From a virus (lineage: Duplodnaviria > Caudoviricetes): a stretch of DNA of 54,239 bases. The stretch lies in IMG/VR virus record IMGVR_UViG_3300049070_000135, positions 1 through 54,239 of that record. One strand, given 5' to 3'. Made by a program: the position numbers and the translations under genes. Within the stretch, counting starts at the first letter, position 1; the number at the start of each line of letters is the position of its first letter. This document shows, piece by piece, positions 8,673 through 17,685 of the stretch. The notes beneath the pieces are model-generated. The model did no database searches and was not told where the DNA came from. It was given only the letters and a program-made list of their open reading frames with translations.

Positions 8673-10240
8673 TGTCCGAATCCACCGCCAACGGCGTCGC
8701 CCAAGGCCCGGCCCCCCGGACCCCGGACTTTTTCTTCAACCAGATGATGGAGCGGCACATCGTCCGCACCAACGAGGTGCGGACGCTGCTGCAACTGTCC
8801 GGCGCGTCCGGCCTGAACCCCCCCAACCGCGACCTGGACGTGGAATGCGGGTACAAGACCGACCCGACGGTGGACGACTACAAGCTGCTCTACGACCGGG
8901 GCGACGTGGCCGCGACCGTGGTGAACATCTGGCCCGACGAGTGCTTCGCCGCCTACCCCGACCTTTATGAAACTGAAGACCCCGACATCACACCGTTTGA
9001 AGAGGCGTGGGCGGAACTGGCCGAGCAAACCCTGCCCTGGCACTACCTGCACCGGGTGGACCGCCTGTCGGGGGTCGCCAACTTCGGCGCGCTGTTCCTG
9101 GGCCTGGACGACGGCCTTTCCTTCGACCGGCCCGGGTCCGGGTTCAACCTGACGGGCGAAACCCGGGCCAACGCCCGGCAGTCGAAGCTGCTCTACATCC
9201 GGGCCTTCGACCAGACGGCCGTCAAGGTGGACGAGTGGGAGACGGACCGCCGCAACCCCCGGTTCGGGATGCCGCGGTTCTACACGATCGACTTCGCCGA
9301 TCCCCTGGCCCGGCACGGGGTGTCGGTGGCGGGCGCGTCGAACGGCCTGCCCACGGTCCGGGAAAAGGTCCACTGGACCCGCGTCGTCCACGTCGCCGAC
9401 AACTGTCAGTCGTCGGAGGCGTTCGGCACGCCCCGCTGCCAGCAGGTGTACAACCGTCTGATGGACATCCGCAAGGTCGCGGGTTCGTCGGCCGAAATGT
9501 TCTACAAGGGCGGGTTCCCGGGCTACCAGTTCAAGACCTACCCGGAGATGATTTCGGAAGGGATCGTGAACAAGACGCTGGTCCGCCAGGAGGTCGAAGC
9601 GTACCAGCAGGGTTTGCAGCGGTTCCTGTCCGCCGTGGGCGGTGAGTGGGGTTCGTTGGCCCCCCAGGTGGCCGACCCGTCGCCCAACCTGATCCAGCAG
9701 TTGACCCTGCTGTGCGCCACGATCCGGGTGCCCCTGCGGATTTTCCTGGGGACGGAGGCCGGACACCTGGCCAGCACCCAGGACGCCGGCACCTGGAAGG
9801 AGCGGCTGCGGGGCCGGCAGAAGAACTACCTGGAACCCCGGCTGGTCCGCCCGTTCGTCAACCGCCTGATGGACCTGGGTTGTCTGCCCCGTGTCAAGAA
9901 GTTCATTGTCGAGTGGCGTGACCTTAAGACCTTGGGTGACAAGGACCAGGCGGACGTGGCGCTGAAAAAGACCCAGGCGTTCATGCAGTACGTTTCGGGC
10001 AAGGTCTTCACCGTCCTGGGGCCGCGCCTGTTCCTGACCGCCGTCATCGGCCTGTCCGACGCCCAGGCCGCCGCCGTCATCAAAGACCTGGGGGGCGAAC
10101 AGGCGGTGATGAAAAAGCTGGAAGACATGGAAACGAAGGCGATCGAGGCCAAGGCCAGGGCCGTGACCCAGGGCGGCGGTCGCGTGGGGAACCCCAACCG
10201 CGGGGGCCGCAACGGCAGGCCCGCCAGGCAGCCGTCGTAA
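8672..10240 (+). CDS. portal protein (DUF1073-like)
   Basis: 'LYDRGDVAATVV', 'VHWTRVVH', 'IRVPLRIFLG..GHLAS.QD', 'FVNRLMDLG'; position between terminase and head genes. Confidence 0.85.
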   Translation: MSESTANGVAQGPAPRTPDFFFNQMMERHIVRTNEVRTLLQLSGASGLNPPNRDLDVECGYKTDPTVDDYKLLYDRGDVAATVVNIWPDECFAAYPDLYETEDPDITPFEEAWAELAEQTLPWHYLHRVDRLSGVANFGALFLGLDDGLSFDRPGSGFNLTGETRANARQSKLLYIRAFDQTAVKVDEWETDRRNPRFGMPRFYTIDFADPLARHGVSVAGASNGLPTVREKVHWTRVVHVADNCQSSEAFGTPRCQQVYNRLMDIRKVAGSSAEMFYKGGFPGYQFKTYPEMISEGIVNKTLVRQEVEAYQQGLQRFLSAVGGEWGSLAPQVADPSPNLIQQLTLLCATIRVPLRIFLGTEAGHLASTQDAGTWKERLRGRQKNYLEPRLVRPFVNRLMDLGCLPRVKKFIVEWRDLKTLGDKDQADVALKKTQAFMQYVSGKVFTVLGPRLFLTAVIGLSDAQAAAVIKDLGGEQAVMKKLEDMETKAIEAKARAVTQGGGRVGNPNRGGRNGRPARQPS

Positions 10241-10249
10241 TGGGGGTGG

Positions 10250-10453
10250 GTGGTGGCTGGTAAGTTTAGAAAGTTTGCCAAGCAGTTCATCGTCCCGGCC
10301 GGGCGCGAGCAGGAGTTCCGGGACGCCGTCGAAAAAAAGTACCCTGGGGCAAGAGTTTCTGAGGGTAGGCGCACGACCGACCGGGCCGGAGAGTTGATGT
10401 ACACTTACTTTTCCGTCACCGGCCGCGGCGTGCCGGAAGACGCAGAAGTCTAG
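10250..10453 (+). CDS. hypothetical protein
   Basis: short ORF filling the gap in the operon. Confidence 0.45.
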   Translation: MVAGKFRKFAKQFIVPAGREQEFRDAVEKKYPGARVSEGRRTTDRAGELMYTYFSVTGRGVPEDAEV

Positions 10454-10473
10454 GCAGTAAATAGGAGTTGGGA

Positions 10474-11364
10474 ATGCCCCGCAAACCCAGGCCGAAGGAA
10501 GACTTGACCCAGGGTTGCTTCGTCATGGAGTTGCCCGAGGACAAGCAACCCGAAGCGGCACTGTCGGCCATCGACGTCAACCCCGTCAACCGCCCCATGT
10601 TCGAGGGGTTGATGGCCTTGGCCCCCAGGGCGGTGACGGACATCGACCCGCCCGCGTTCCTGTCCGCGTTGACTTCCAAGTATTGGGGCAGTAACGGCGT
10701 GCGGCTGACGGTCAGCTTCCTGGACGACCCCAAGCGCGACCTGATCGACAAAATAATCAGCTACATGAACCTGTGGGGCAAGTACGGCAACGTGAAATTC
10801 GAGTGGACCCAGACCGGCGGCCGGGTCCGCATCGCCCGGGACGACGGCGGGTACTGGTCGTATCTGGGCAAGGACATCGACCACGTCGCCGCCGGCCAGC
10901 CGACCATGAACCTGGAGGGGTTCACGGCCAAGACCCCCGATTCGGAATTCATGCGGGTCGTGGTCCACGAGACCGGGCACACGCTGGGCTTCCCCCACGA
11001 GCACATGCGAGGTGCCTTGATCGAACGGATCGACCGCCAGAAGGCGCTGGACTACTTCAAGCGGTATTCCGGGTGGGGCGAACGGACGACCGTCCAGAAC
11101 GTCCTGACGCCCCTGGAGGAGCGGGCATTGCTGGCGACCCCGGAGGCCGACGAGACCTCGATCATGTGCTACCGGCTGCCCGGCAGCATCACCAAGGACG
11201 GCAAGCCGATCCCAGGCGGCGACACGATCAGCAACAGTGACAAACTGTTCATAGCAAAAATTTATCCCTTAGAGGTGAAGCCGCCGGAAGGCCCGGAGTT
11301 CGTCGTGAAGTTCGACCCGGCCGCGAAGACCGTGACGCTGCCGACCGGATGGAAAGTGGGGTGA
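10474..11364 (+). CDS. astacin/M12-type zinc metallopeptidase
   Basis: WSYLG, HETGHTLGFPHEH zinc motif, SIMCY Met-turn. Confidence 0.9.
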   Translation: MPRKPRPKEDLTQGCFVMELPEDKQPEAALSAIDVNPVNRPMFEGLMALAPRAVTDIDPPAFLSALTSKYWGSNGVRLTVSFLDDPKRDLIDKIISYMNLWGKYGNVKFEWTQTGGRVRIARDDGGYWSYLGKDIDHVAAGQPTMNLEGFTAKTPDSEFMRVVVHETGHTLGFPHEHMRGALIERIDRQKALDYFKRYSGWGERTTVQNVLTPLEERALLATPEADETSIMCYRLPGSITKDGKPIPGGDTISNSDKLFIAKIYPLEVKPPEGPEFVVKFDPAAKTVTLPTGWKVG

Positions 11365-11367
11365 CGT

Positions 11368-11811
11368 ATCGCGGACTTAGTTGTTACCGGGGCCAACGTC
11401 GTCCCCACCAAGGACGCCCAGGGCCAGACCACCCCCCTGTTTCCCGCCCAGGGCATCGCGGGCGAGACCTTGACCCAGGGGATGCCGGTCTACCGCAACA
11501 CCACCGACGGCAAGCTGTACCGCGCCGACGCCACGGGTGCCGGCGTGGAAACGTCCCGCTGCGTGGGCATCACGATCAGCGCCGCCAGCGCCAACCAGTT
11601 CGTCCACTACTGGGGCATCGAGGACGAACAGGAGATCAGCTTCGGGGCGATCCTGGCCGTCGGACAGTTGTACGTCGTGTCCGCTAACGTGGGCATGATC
11701 GCGCCAGTTTCCGACTATACCACGGGGTGGTACTTGACCACACTCTTCTACGCGACGACGACTTCCCTGGGGAAGTTCCTGCGCCGCTACACCAACGTGC
11801 AGAAGGCTTAA
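11368..11811 (+). CDS. head-decoration-like virion protein with probable non-canonical ATC start
   Basis: frame open from ATC-GCG-GAC (ADLVVTGANV...AGETLTQGMPVY...G.LYVVS..G.IAP); GGGGTGA RBS-like sequence just upstream. Confidence 0.6.
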   Translation: MADLVVTGANVVPTKDAQGQTTPLFPAQGIAGETLTQGMPVYRNTTDGKLYRADATGAGVETSRCVGITISAASANQFVHYWGIEDEQEISFGAILAVGQLYVVSANVGMIAPVSDYTTGWYLTTLFYATTTSLGKFLRRYTNVQKA

Positions 11812-11814
11812 GCC

Positions 11815-12357
11815 ATGAAGAACGCCTGGGGGAAGTTCGGTTTTCTGTTCGTCCTGGCGGGGGTCGTCGGCGTCTACGCCGGCGTGACGGCCCTGCTCCC
11901 GCCGCCCGGCGTGAAGGCACAGGCGCCTTACATCATGCCGCCCTGGCCGGACGGCATCGGCCGCCCCGGCGGCAGTTACGTCCCGGACCAGATCGCCGGG
12001 TCAGTCAAGCTGGCCCAGGAGCGGCTTAACGACGACTGGGCCAACTGCCTGCGGTGTCTGAAGGGCGGTGTCGGCGGGGAGGCGTCGAACCTGTCTGGCT
12101 ACCGGTCGTTCAACGAGCAGGCACCGCCCGCCCCGGGGAATTTCAACGGCAGCTTTTTCGACTTCGAGATGGCTTTCGAGTCCGGAAGCATCCTCAAGGT
12201 CCGCATGGCCAAGGACAAGTACGTGCCGATGGAGTGGCGGCCCGTGCCCGTCACCCCGGGCGGGGCGCCCTTCCGCGTCCTGACGACGACCCGCGGGGAG
12301 ATTGAGTGTCCGAACGGACTGGCCGCCGTATTCGTGGCCTACAGGAACGGGAAGTGA
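11815..12357 (+). CDS. exported hypothetical protein
   Basis: N-terminal signal peptide ending VKAQA. Confidence 0.7.
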   Translation: MKNAWGKFGFLFVLAGVVGVYAGVTALLPPPGVKAQAPYIMPPWPDGIGRPGGSYVPDQIAGSVKLAQERLNDDWANCLRCLKGGVGGEASNLSGYRSFNEQAPPAPGNFNGSFFDFEMAFESGSILKVRMAKDKYVPMEWRPVPVTPGGAPFRVLTTTRGEIECPNGLAAVFVAYRNGK

Positions 12358-14090
12358 TGACTAGGCAAGATAAATTCTGGGGCCTTTTGGTCTACACCAG
12401 TTGTGCCTGCATGTGTCTGGGCCTGGGGCTGGCGGGTCTGGTCGGGCAGCCCCCCACTGCCCACCGGCCCCCGCCCCGGGCTCCTTTGGCGCAACCCGTG
12501 CCCGACCGGCAGGACTTCGACACCGCCAGGGCGAACCGGGAGGCGATCGAAAATGGACTACTCGGGGGTGGAACGGTACAACTCGACAACGGCACCTACT
12601 TCCTGGACCGATCCGTCAAGCTCGATCAACGACACAGCCGCGGAACCCTGCGGGGACGGGGCGTCGGAACGGTCCTTAGAAATCAGTACACGGCGTCGCC
12701 GTACCTGGACAATTGCACTTTGGTCGCGTACCCCGAGGCGACTGCCTACGTCGAACCCTTCGACGGCCTGGAGGAAGACTCTGTTCACATTCCCGAGACG
12801 TACCCGTGGCTCGCGGGCGTCCCGGTAGACCTGTCGCAGTTCCGCGAGGGTGAGGTCTGCTACGCACTGACCTGGAACGGCCAGTGGTACGACGACAAGA
12901 TGGAGTACAGCCGCCTGGTCATCAGTAAGGTGGACCGGGCGGCCCGCCGCGTCTACTTCGAGCAGGGCGTCCCGTCGGGCACGGAGGACATGCTCAAGTG
13001 GGTCCACGGCCGGGCCGTTCATGACGTGAAGGAGGGGGACGCCTTCGTCACGCCGGTCAAGGAGTCGGACCTGGACCAGTACCGCCGCGGCATGGACGTC
13101 TACGTCACCAGCGGCCCGGAGTTTGGCATGGAGGTCACTGGCGAGTTCCGCAAGGTTACTGGCAAGGAGGGGAAGAAACTCCTCCTGGACCGGCCCGTCG
13201 GCCGGAGCTACGCCAAGGCTTCCTGCCTGCTCGGCCCCTGGCTGGCCGACTTCAACCTGGAAGACCTGGCGTTGGACAACCCGGTCAACCTGGCGTCCAA
13301 CCCGCTGGTGTTGAAGTTCGCCGTCCGCTGCACCCTGCGGCGCGTGGCGTGCGGCGACTGCGTGTCGATCGCCTTCGGCACGGCCGGCTACCTGAACATC
13401 CATGATGTGGATGCGCCGGGCTTCGGCGGTATGGGAATCAACGCCTGCCACGACGTGAATGTACGCAACTGCCGGGTGGCGGGGGTGAACTTCGAGGAGT
13501 CCTGCACGAAGGTCAGCGTGGCCGACACGCTGGTCATGACCGTCAACGGCGTCCACGGCGTGCAGGGACACGTCAACTGTAGCCAGATCGAAATCCGCAA
13601 CTGCCGGGTCGAAGGGTTCGGCTACGACCGGGGCTGGGGCAACGGGTCGCCGTTCTCGATGGGCGGCCGGGACTGTCGGGTCATCGACACGGTGGTCAGG
13701 AACAGCAACCCCGTCACCGGCAGTTACCTCTGGGGCGACAACTTCCAAATCCGGGGCCTGGATTCGGACGTGGGGGTGCTGATGCCGTCCGGGTCCGGGT
13801 GGCGGGTCGCCAACAGCCGCGCCCCCTACTGGTGGCCGTTCCCGACCACGGGCGGCGGTCGCTACACCAGCGTGGACGGGGAGAAGCGGGGCAAGGTCTG
13901 GGAGGGCGACGAACGGGAACAGGCCGACAAGGAAAAGGTCAGGAAGCCGTCTGACGCGGCGGCGCGGATCAAGGCTTACAAGGAACTGGAGGAATTTGCA
14001 CTCGACAGGATCAAACAAGGCGACCCGGTTGCGGTGCGGGAGTTACTTCAACTCCGCGCCGGCCGGTTTCATTTGGGGGGCGATAAATGA
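12357..14090 (+). CDS. pectin-lyase-like right-handed beta-helix protein with N-terminal membrane anchor
   Basis: N-terminal hydrophobic segment; 'AIE...GGGTVQLDNGTYFL...TLRGRG..TVL' and repeated Asn/Cys ladder strands. Confidence 0.75.
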   Translation: MTRQDKFWGLLVYTSCACMCLGLGLAGLVGQPPTAHRPPPRAPLAQPVPDRQDFDTARANREAIENGLLGGGTVQLDNGTYFLDRSVKLDQRHSRGTLRGRGVGTVLRNQYTASPYLDNCTLVAYPEATAYVEPFDGLEEDSVHIPETYPWLAGVPVDLSQFREGEVCYALTWNGQWYDDKMEYSRLVISKVDRAARRVYFEQGVPSGTEDMLKWVHGRAVHDVKEGDAFVTPVKESDLDQYRRGMDVYVTSGPEFGMEVTGEFRKVTGKEGKKLLLDRPVGRSYAKASCLLGPWLADFNLEDLALDNPVNLASNPLVLKFAVRCTLRRVACGDCVSIAFGTAGYLNIHDVDAPGFGGMGINACHDVNVRNCRVAGVNFEESCTKVSVADTLVMTVNGVHGVQGHVNCSQIEIRNCRVEGFGYDRGWGNGSPFSMGGRDCRVIDTVVRNSNPVTGSYLWGDNFQIRGLDSDVGVLMPSGSGWRVANSRAPYWWPFPTTGGGRYTSVDGEKRGKVWEGDEREQADKEKVRKPSDAAARIKAYKELEEFALDRIKQGDPVAVRELLQLRAGRFHLGGDK

Positions 14091-14446
14091 GTGTAATCGA
14101 GGACAAGGCCCAGAAGGTCGCACGGAAGCTGGAACCTGTGGACCCGGGGTTTGCGTTCGACCCGGCGATGATCTTGGTGATCGCCCAGGTCGTCATGGAG
14201 GTCATCAAGGCGATCCAGGCGTGCAAGAAGCCGCCCGCGGAACTGCCCGCAATGGCCAAGCGGCCTGGCGTGCTGGGCCGCTGGCACGTCCGCCGCGCCA
14301 TTCAAAAGGAAATGAAGGATAAAGAACTTCGCGGCATGGTCGGCCCCCGGATGGTCAACGCCGTCCTGGACGTGGGGTCGGAAACGACTGAAGAAGAGGC
14401 TAAGGCGATGTTCGCCGAGGCCGACGCGGAAGGGGGTCGGCCGTGA
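14087..14446 (+). CDS. hypothetical protein with one hydrophobic helix
   Basis: ATGA overlap; FDPAMILVIAQVVMEVI. Confidence 0.7.
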   Translation: MSVIEDKAQKVARKLEPVDPGFAFDPAMILVIAQVVMEVIKAIQACKKPPAELPAMAKRPGVLGRWHVRRAIQKEMKDKELRGMVGPRMVNAVLDVGSETTEEEAKAMFAEADAEGGRP

Positions 14447-15174
14447 GGAAGGCTGCCCTGACATTACTGTTCCTGGCCGGGGGTGCCTACGCCCAGGACG
14501 CCCCGGTGGCCAAGCTGTCCGGCCCCGCGACCGCGGCGGTCGGCGAGGCGATCCTCCTGAACAGCGGCGGGTCCGTGGGCAAGGTCAAGTTCGGCGTCGC
14601 CCGCGGCCCTGTCAAACTTCCGATCGTCACCCTGAAGTCCGACGACGGGTCGATGGTCGTCGGCCTGGCCACGGCACCCGTGGCGGGTAACTACGTATTC
14701 TTCGTCGTGTCCATCGGGATCACCCCGGCCGGCGCGGACGTGCCCCTGATGGACTTTGCCTTCCACGACGTGCGGGTCGGTGGCGCGCCGCCCCCCGACC
14801 CGCCTAAGCCGCCGGACCCGCCTGTCCCGCCGCCCCCTGGTCCGGACGACAAGCCGCCGATCCCCGCGGAGGGGTTACACGTCCTGATAGTCTACGACGA
14901 CGCCCAGATGGCGTCCCTGCCGCAGTCGCAGGCGGACGTGCTGAAGTCCACGGAAATCCGGGAGTACCTCCGGGCCAAGGGCAACAACTACCGGGTCTGG
15001 AAGACCACAACCAACCCGGCCGGGGCGCCGCAGGTCTGGCAGGACGCCTTCGCCCGCCCTAGGAAGTCTACACCCTGGATCGTAGTCAGTCGTCCGGGTA
15101 AAGGAGGATATGAAGGCCCATTACCTGCTACTATTGCGGATACGATGACCCTTTTGAAAAAGTACGGGGATTGA
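14443..15174 (+). CDS. exported two-domain protein with Pro-rich linker
   Basis: signal peptide MRKAALTLLFLAGGAYA; PPPDPPKPPDPPVPPPPGP linker. Confidence 0.8.
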   Translation: MRKAALTLLFLAGGAYAQDAPVAKLSGPATAAVGEAILLNSGGSVGKVKFGVARGPVKLPIVTLKSDDGSMVVGLATAPVAGNYVFFVVSIGITPAGADVPLMDFAFHDVRVGGAPPPDPPKPPDPPVPPPPGPDDKPPIPAEGLHVLIVYDDAQMASLPQSQADVLKSTEIREYLRAKGNNYRVWKTTTNPAGAPQVWQDAFARPRKSTPWIVVSRPGKGGYEGPLPATIADTMTLLKKYGD

Positions 15175-15182
15175 TAGATAAC

Positions 15183-15216
15183 GATAGGAAGATATGCTAC
15201 TACATATCTTCCTATC
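15183..15216. promoter_or_regulatory. perfect 14-bp inverted repeat overlapping a putative HNH promoter
   Basis: GATAGGAAGATATG-ctacta-CATATCTTCCTATC; TTGATA(15171)-16 nt-TATGCT(15193). Confidence 0.6.
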
Positions 15217-15246
15217 TGAACACACCAACCTGTTTAGGAGGTTGCT

Positions 15247-15714
15247 ATGCCTGAAGACATTCTACAAAGGATTTTGCGACGTGTTAAAGTCAACGACAAG
15301 ACTGGTTGTTGGGAGTGGCAGGGCCATCGAAATTCTTGGGGGTATGGTGTGATTAAAATAGGGGGTCGTAAGGGGAAGTATCGATCCACACACCGTGTCA
15401 TGTATGCTTTGCAAATGTCTGAAATTCCTCTTGGTTTTTGTGTGTGTCATAAGTGTGACAATCCGGCGTGTGTTAAGTTGGATCATTTATTCCTTGGGAC
15501 GAACGCGGACAATGTAGCTGATCGGGAACGCAAGGGCCGTGGCGGTAATCATAAAGGAGAATTGAACGGGCGTTCTAAGTTGTCTGTCGAAAAGGCTAGT
15601 GAAATAAGGAAGAGATACATTCCAAAGAGGGTTACAAGATTACAACTGGCTGTCGAGTTTGGGGTGTCGGTGGGCACAATTAAAAAAGTGCTTGCTGGAA
15701 TGAGATGGCTTTAA
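15247..15714 (+). CDS. free-standing HNH homing endonuclease with C-terminal HTH
   Basis: CWEWQG..GYG..THR..VCHKCDNPACV..DHLFLGTNADNVAD; AT-rich relative to genome; AGGAGG RBS. Confidence 0.92.
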   Translation: MPEDILQRILRRVKVNDKTGCWEWQGHRNSWGYGVIKIGGRKGKYRSTHRVMYALQMSEIPLGFCVCHKCDNPACVKLDHLFLGTNADNVADRERKGRGGNHKGELNGRSKLSVEKASEIRKRYIPKRVTRLQLAVEFGVSVGTIKKVLAGMRWL

Positions 15715-15725
15715 CCTGGGGTTGG

Positions 15726-15788
15726 GGGCCACTGCCGGCCACCATCGCCGAAACCATGACACTCTTACGCAAATATGGAGGGAATTGA
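15726..15788 (+). pseudogene. orphaned duplicate of the 3' end of gene 14443-15174
   Basis: encodes GPLPATIAETMTLLRKYGGN* versus live GPLPATIADTMTLLKKYGD*. Confidence 0.85.
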
Positions 15789-15789
15789 C

Positions 15790-16110
15790 ATGGCCTGGAA
15801 GAAAGGACCGTTGCCGCCCGACACTTGGCACTGGGGCGGTGTCGTATTAGTCGGTGAAGAGGGTTACGGGTTTTACTTCGCAGACTTCCGCGGCGACCAC
15901 ATTCTAATAATCCCCGGCCAAAAAAGGGTCGAAGCCTCCGACGTGGCGTGGTACGACAACAACCTTGAGTTGCCGGATATTCCCAAACCGGAAGGGCCTC
16001 AGCCTCTTATCAGGAAGGGGTTCGACGCATACACCCCGGAGAACGTATTCGGCCATCCTGTCACCCCAAGGGGGTCTGAGAAAGGCCCACCGAATATCGG
16101 AGCAAGTTGA
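15790..16110 (+). CDS. hypothetical protein
   Basis: GGAGG RBS inside the relic; ATG 1 nt after the relic TGA. Confidence 0.7.
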   Translation: MAWKKGPLPPDTWHWGGVVLVGEEGYGFYFADFRGDHILIIPGQKRVEASDVAWYDNNLELPDIPKPEGPQPLIRKGFDAYTPENVFGHPVTPRGSEKGPPNIGAS

Positions 16111-16111
16111 C

Positions 16112-16963
16112 ATGGGACCGAACCGCGGTGAGCCAGTAATTGACGACGACCCGAAGTCGGCCGTCTACGCCTTCCCCGACAACGTCCGCAAGGGGTTGTT
16201 GCCCAGGGACTATCTGGAAACCCCCCGGGATACGTTCCAGGCGTTGCCGTCGGAGATGAAAGTCATCCCGAAGTCGGAGTGGTCCGACCGGATCAAGGAG
16301 CAGGAAAAGAACAAGGCCCGGCTGTCCGACCTCCGTAACGTCGGCATGAACGGGCAGCCGATCCCCTACCTCGACCAGGGATCGAACGGATACTGCTGGT
16401 CCCACAGCACGACACATGCAATTATGGTTGCGCGTGCCGTGCAAAATGAAACATACGTTCCGCTGTCTGCTTACGCAATCGCCGCCATTATCAAGAACGG
16501 CCGCGACGAGGGCGGCTGGTGCGGACTGTCCGCCAAATTCGCCAGGGAGGTTGGCGTCCCGTCCCAGGAACTCTGGCCCCAGGGCAGCCGCAACTTAAAG
16601 TACGACACGCCTGCGATGCGGGCCAACGCCGCCAAGTACAAGGTGGTCGAGGACTGGGTGGACCTGACGGTCAACGTCTACGACCAGAATTTGACCTTCG
16701 CCCAGGTCGTGACCTGTCTGCTGATGGGCTGCCCGTGCCCGGTGGACTTCAACTGGTGGGGTCACAGCGTGTGCGCCCTGGACGTGGTGGAGGTAGAACC
16801 CGGCAGCTTCGGGCTGCGGATTCTGAACAGTTGGAAGGGTTGGGGCGACAACGGCTGCGGTATCCTCCGCGGCAACAAGGCGATCCCCGACGGCGCCGTT
16901 TCGTTCCGGTTGATATCGCCGTCGATGCAAAAGCGCGGGCGGCGTCGCAAGAAGGCTGCCTGA
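16112..16963 (+). CDS. papain-like (C1) cysteine peptidase
   Basis: DQGSNGYCW (oxyanion Gln and catalytic Cys), GHSVC (His), ILNSW..WGDNG (Asn). Confidence 0.9.
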   Translation: MGPNRGEPVIDDDPKSAVYAFPDNVRKGLLPRDYLETPRDTFQALPSEMKVIPKSEWSDRIKEQEKNKARLSDLRNVGMNGQPIPYLDQGSNGYCWSHSTTHAIMVARAVQNETYVPLSAYAIAAIIKNGRDEGGWCGLSAKFAREVGVPSQELWPQGSRNLKYDTPAMRANAAKYKVVEDWVDLTVNVYDQNLTFAQVVTCLLMGCPCPVDFNWWGHSVCALDVVEVEPGSFGLRILNSWKGWGDNGCGILRGNKAIPDGAVSFRLISPSMQKRGRRRKKAA

Positions 16964-16996
16964 ACAACTGTCACCTAATACGGAAGGGGATTTGTC

Positions 16997-17638
16997 GTGA
17001 AAAAGTTGACCAAACTGATCGTGATTGCTAGCGTGGCATCGTTCGGGTGTACGCAGGTGGGGGCCTGGGCCGGGGAGTTCCCCCCGCAGGACGAACTGGC
17101 CCAGGCCGTTTACCAGGCGCACCGGTCACACAAAGAGCCTGAGCAGGACATGCTGGTGTCCAACACCGTGTCGGAGAAGTTGGGATACCCGGAAGCCAGG
17201 GCGAAGGCGTTGGCCGAGGGCAAGCCACTCGTGGTCTGGGCCGGCACCGGCGACGTGGTCTGCCCGGCGTGCATGGCCCAACTGGCCGAGTGCGTCCACC
17301 ACCTGACGCCGACGTTCCCGGGCGTAGCGGGAAACACCATCGTCGTGGCCGTGCCGGACGGGCAGGGGGGTCTTGACCGCGTGGCGGACATCACCCAGTG
17401 GACGACCGGCAGTCCCGACTTCGGGCACGTCCCGTCGGTACGTCGGGCATTGCGGAACTGGCGGGAACGTCGGGCCGTGGTCCGGGGCGGGTGGTCGGTG
17501 GACGCCCCACAAGCTGCCCCGGCCGCGATGTTCCCGATCATGACGGCACCCCTGCGTGCCGTCGCCGCACCGGTGTTCCGGGCGGCACCCTTGATGCGGT
17601 TTGGTGGACGCCTTCGCGGTGCCGGTTGTAGTTCTTGA
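16997..17638 (+). CDS. exported thioredoxin-fold-like protein
   Basis: signal peptide; EARAKALAEGKPLVVW...CPAC. Confidence 0.55.
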   Translation: MKKLTKLIVIASVASFGCTQVGAWAGEFPPQDELAQAVYQAHRSHKEPEQDMLVSNTVSEKLGYPEARAKALAEGKPLVVWAGTGDVVCPACMAQLAECVHHLTPTFPGVAGNTIVVAVPDGQGGLDRVADITQWTTGSPDFGHVPSVRRALRNWRERRAVVRGGWSVDAPQAAPAAMFPIMTAPLRAVAAPVFRAAPLMRFGGRLRGAGCSS

Positions 17639-17648
17639 GGCTAGTTTC

Positions 17649-17671
17649 GTCGCCGGTCGGCGACTTACTTT
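17649..17671 (+). terminator. possible intrinsic terminator
   Basis: GTCGCC-ggtc-GGCGAC followed by TTACTTT. Confidence 0.35.
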
Positions 17672-17685
17672 AACGGAGAACGTAC

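Noticed and set aside
7964-9766. Long antisense ORFs (also 12558-14018, 18241-19833, 27855-29321, 48264-50438 and many others)
   Set aside because: Shadow frames of high-GC genes; no motifs, and they fully overlap well-supported genes on the other strand.
8672-10240. Anti-CBASS Acb1 label often given to DUF1073 proteins
   Set aside because: No paired HxT 2H-phosphodiesterase motifs were recognised; size and synteny fit a portal.
15174-15790. Group I intron or IS element around either HNH
   Set aside because: Flanking non-coding sequence is too short for an intron core; no terminal inverted repeats, target duplication or transposase; upstream genes have intact stops.
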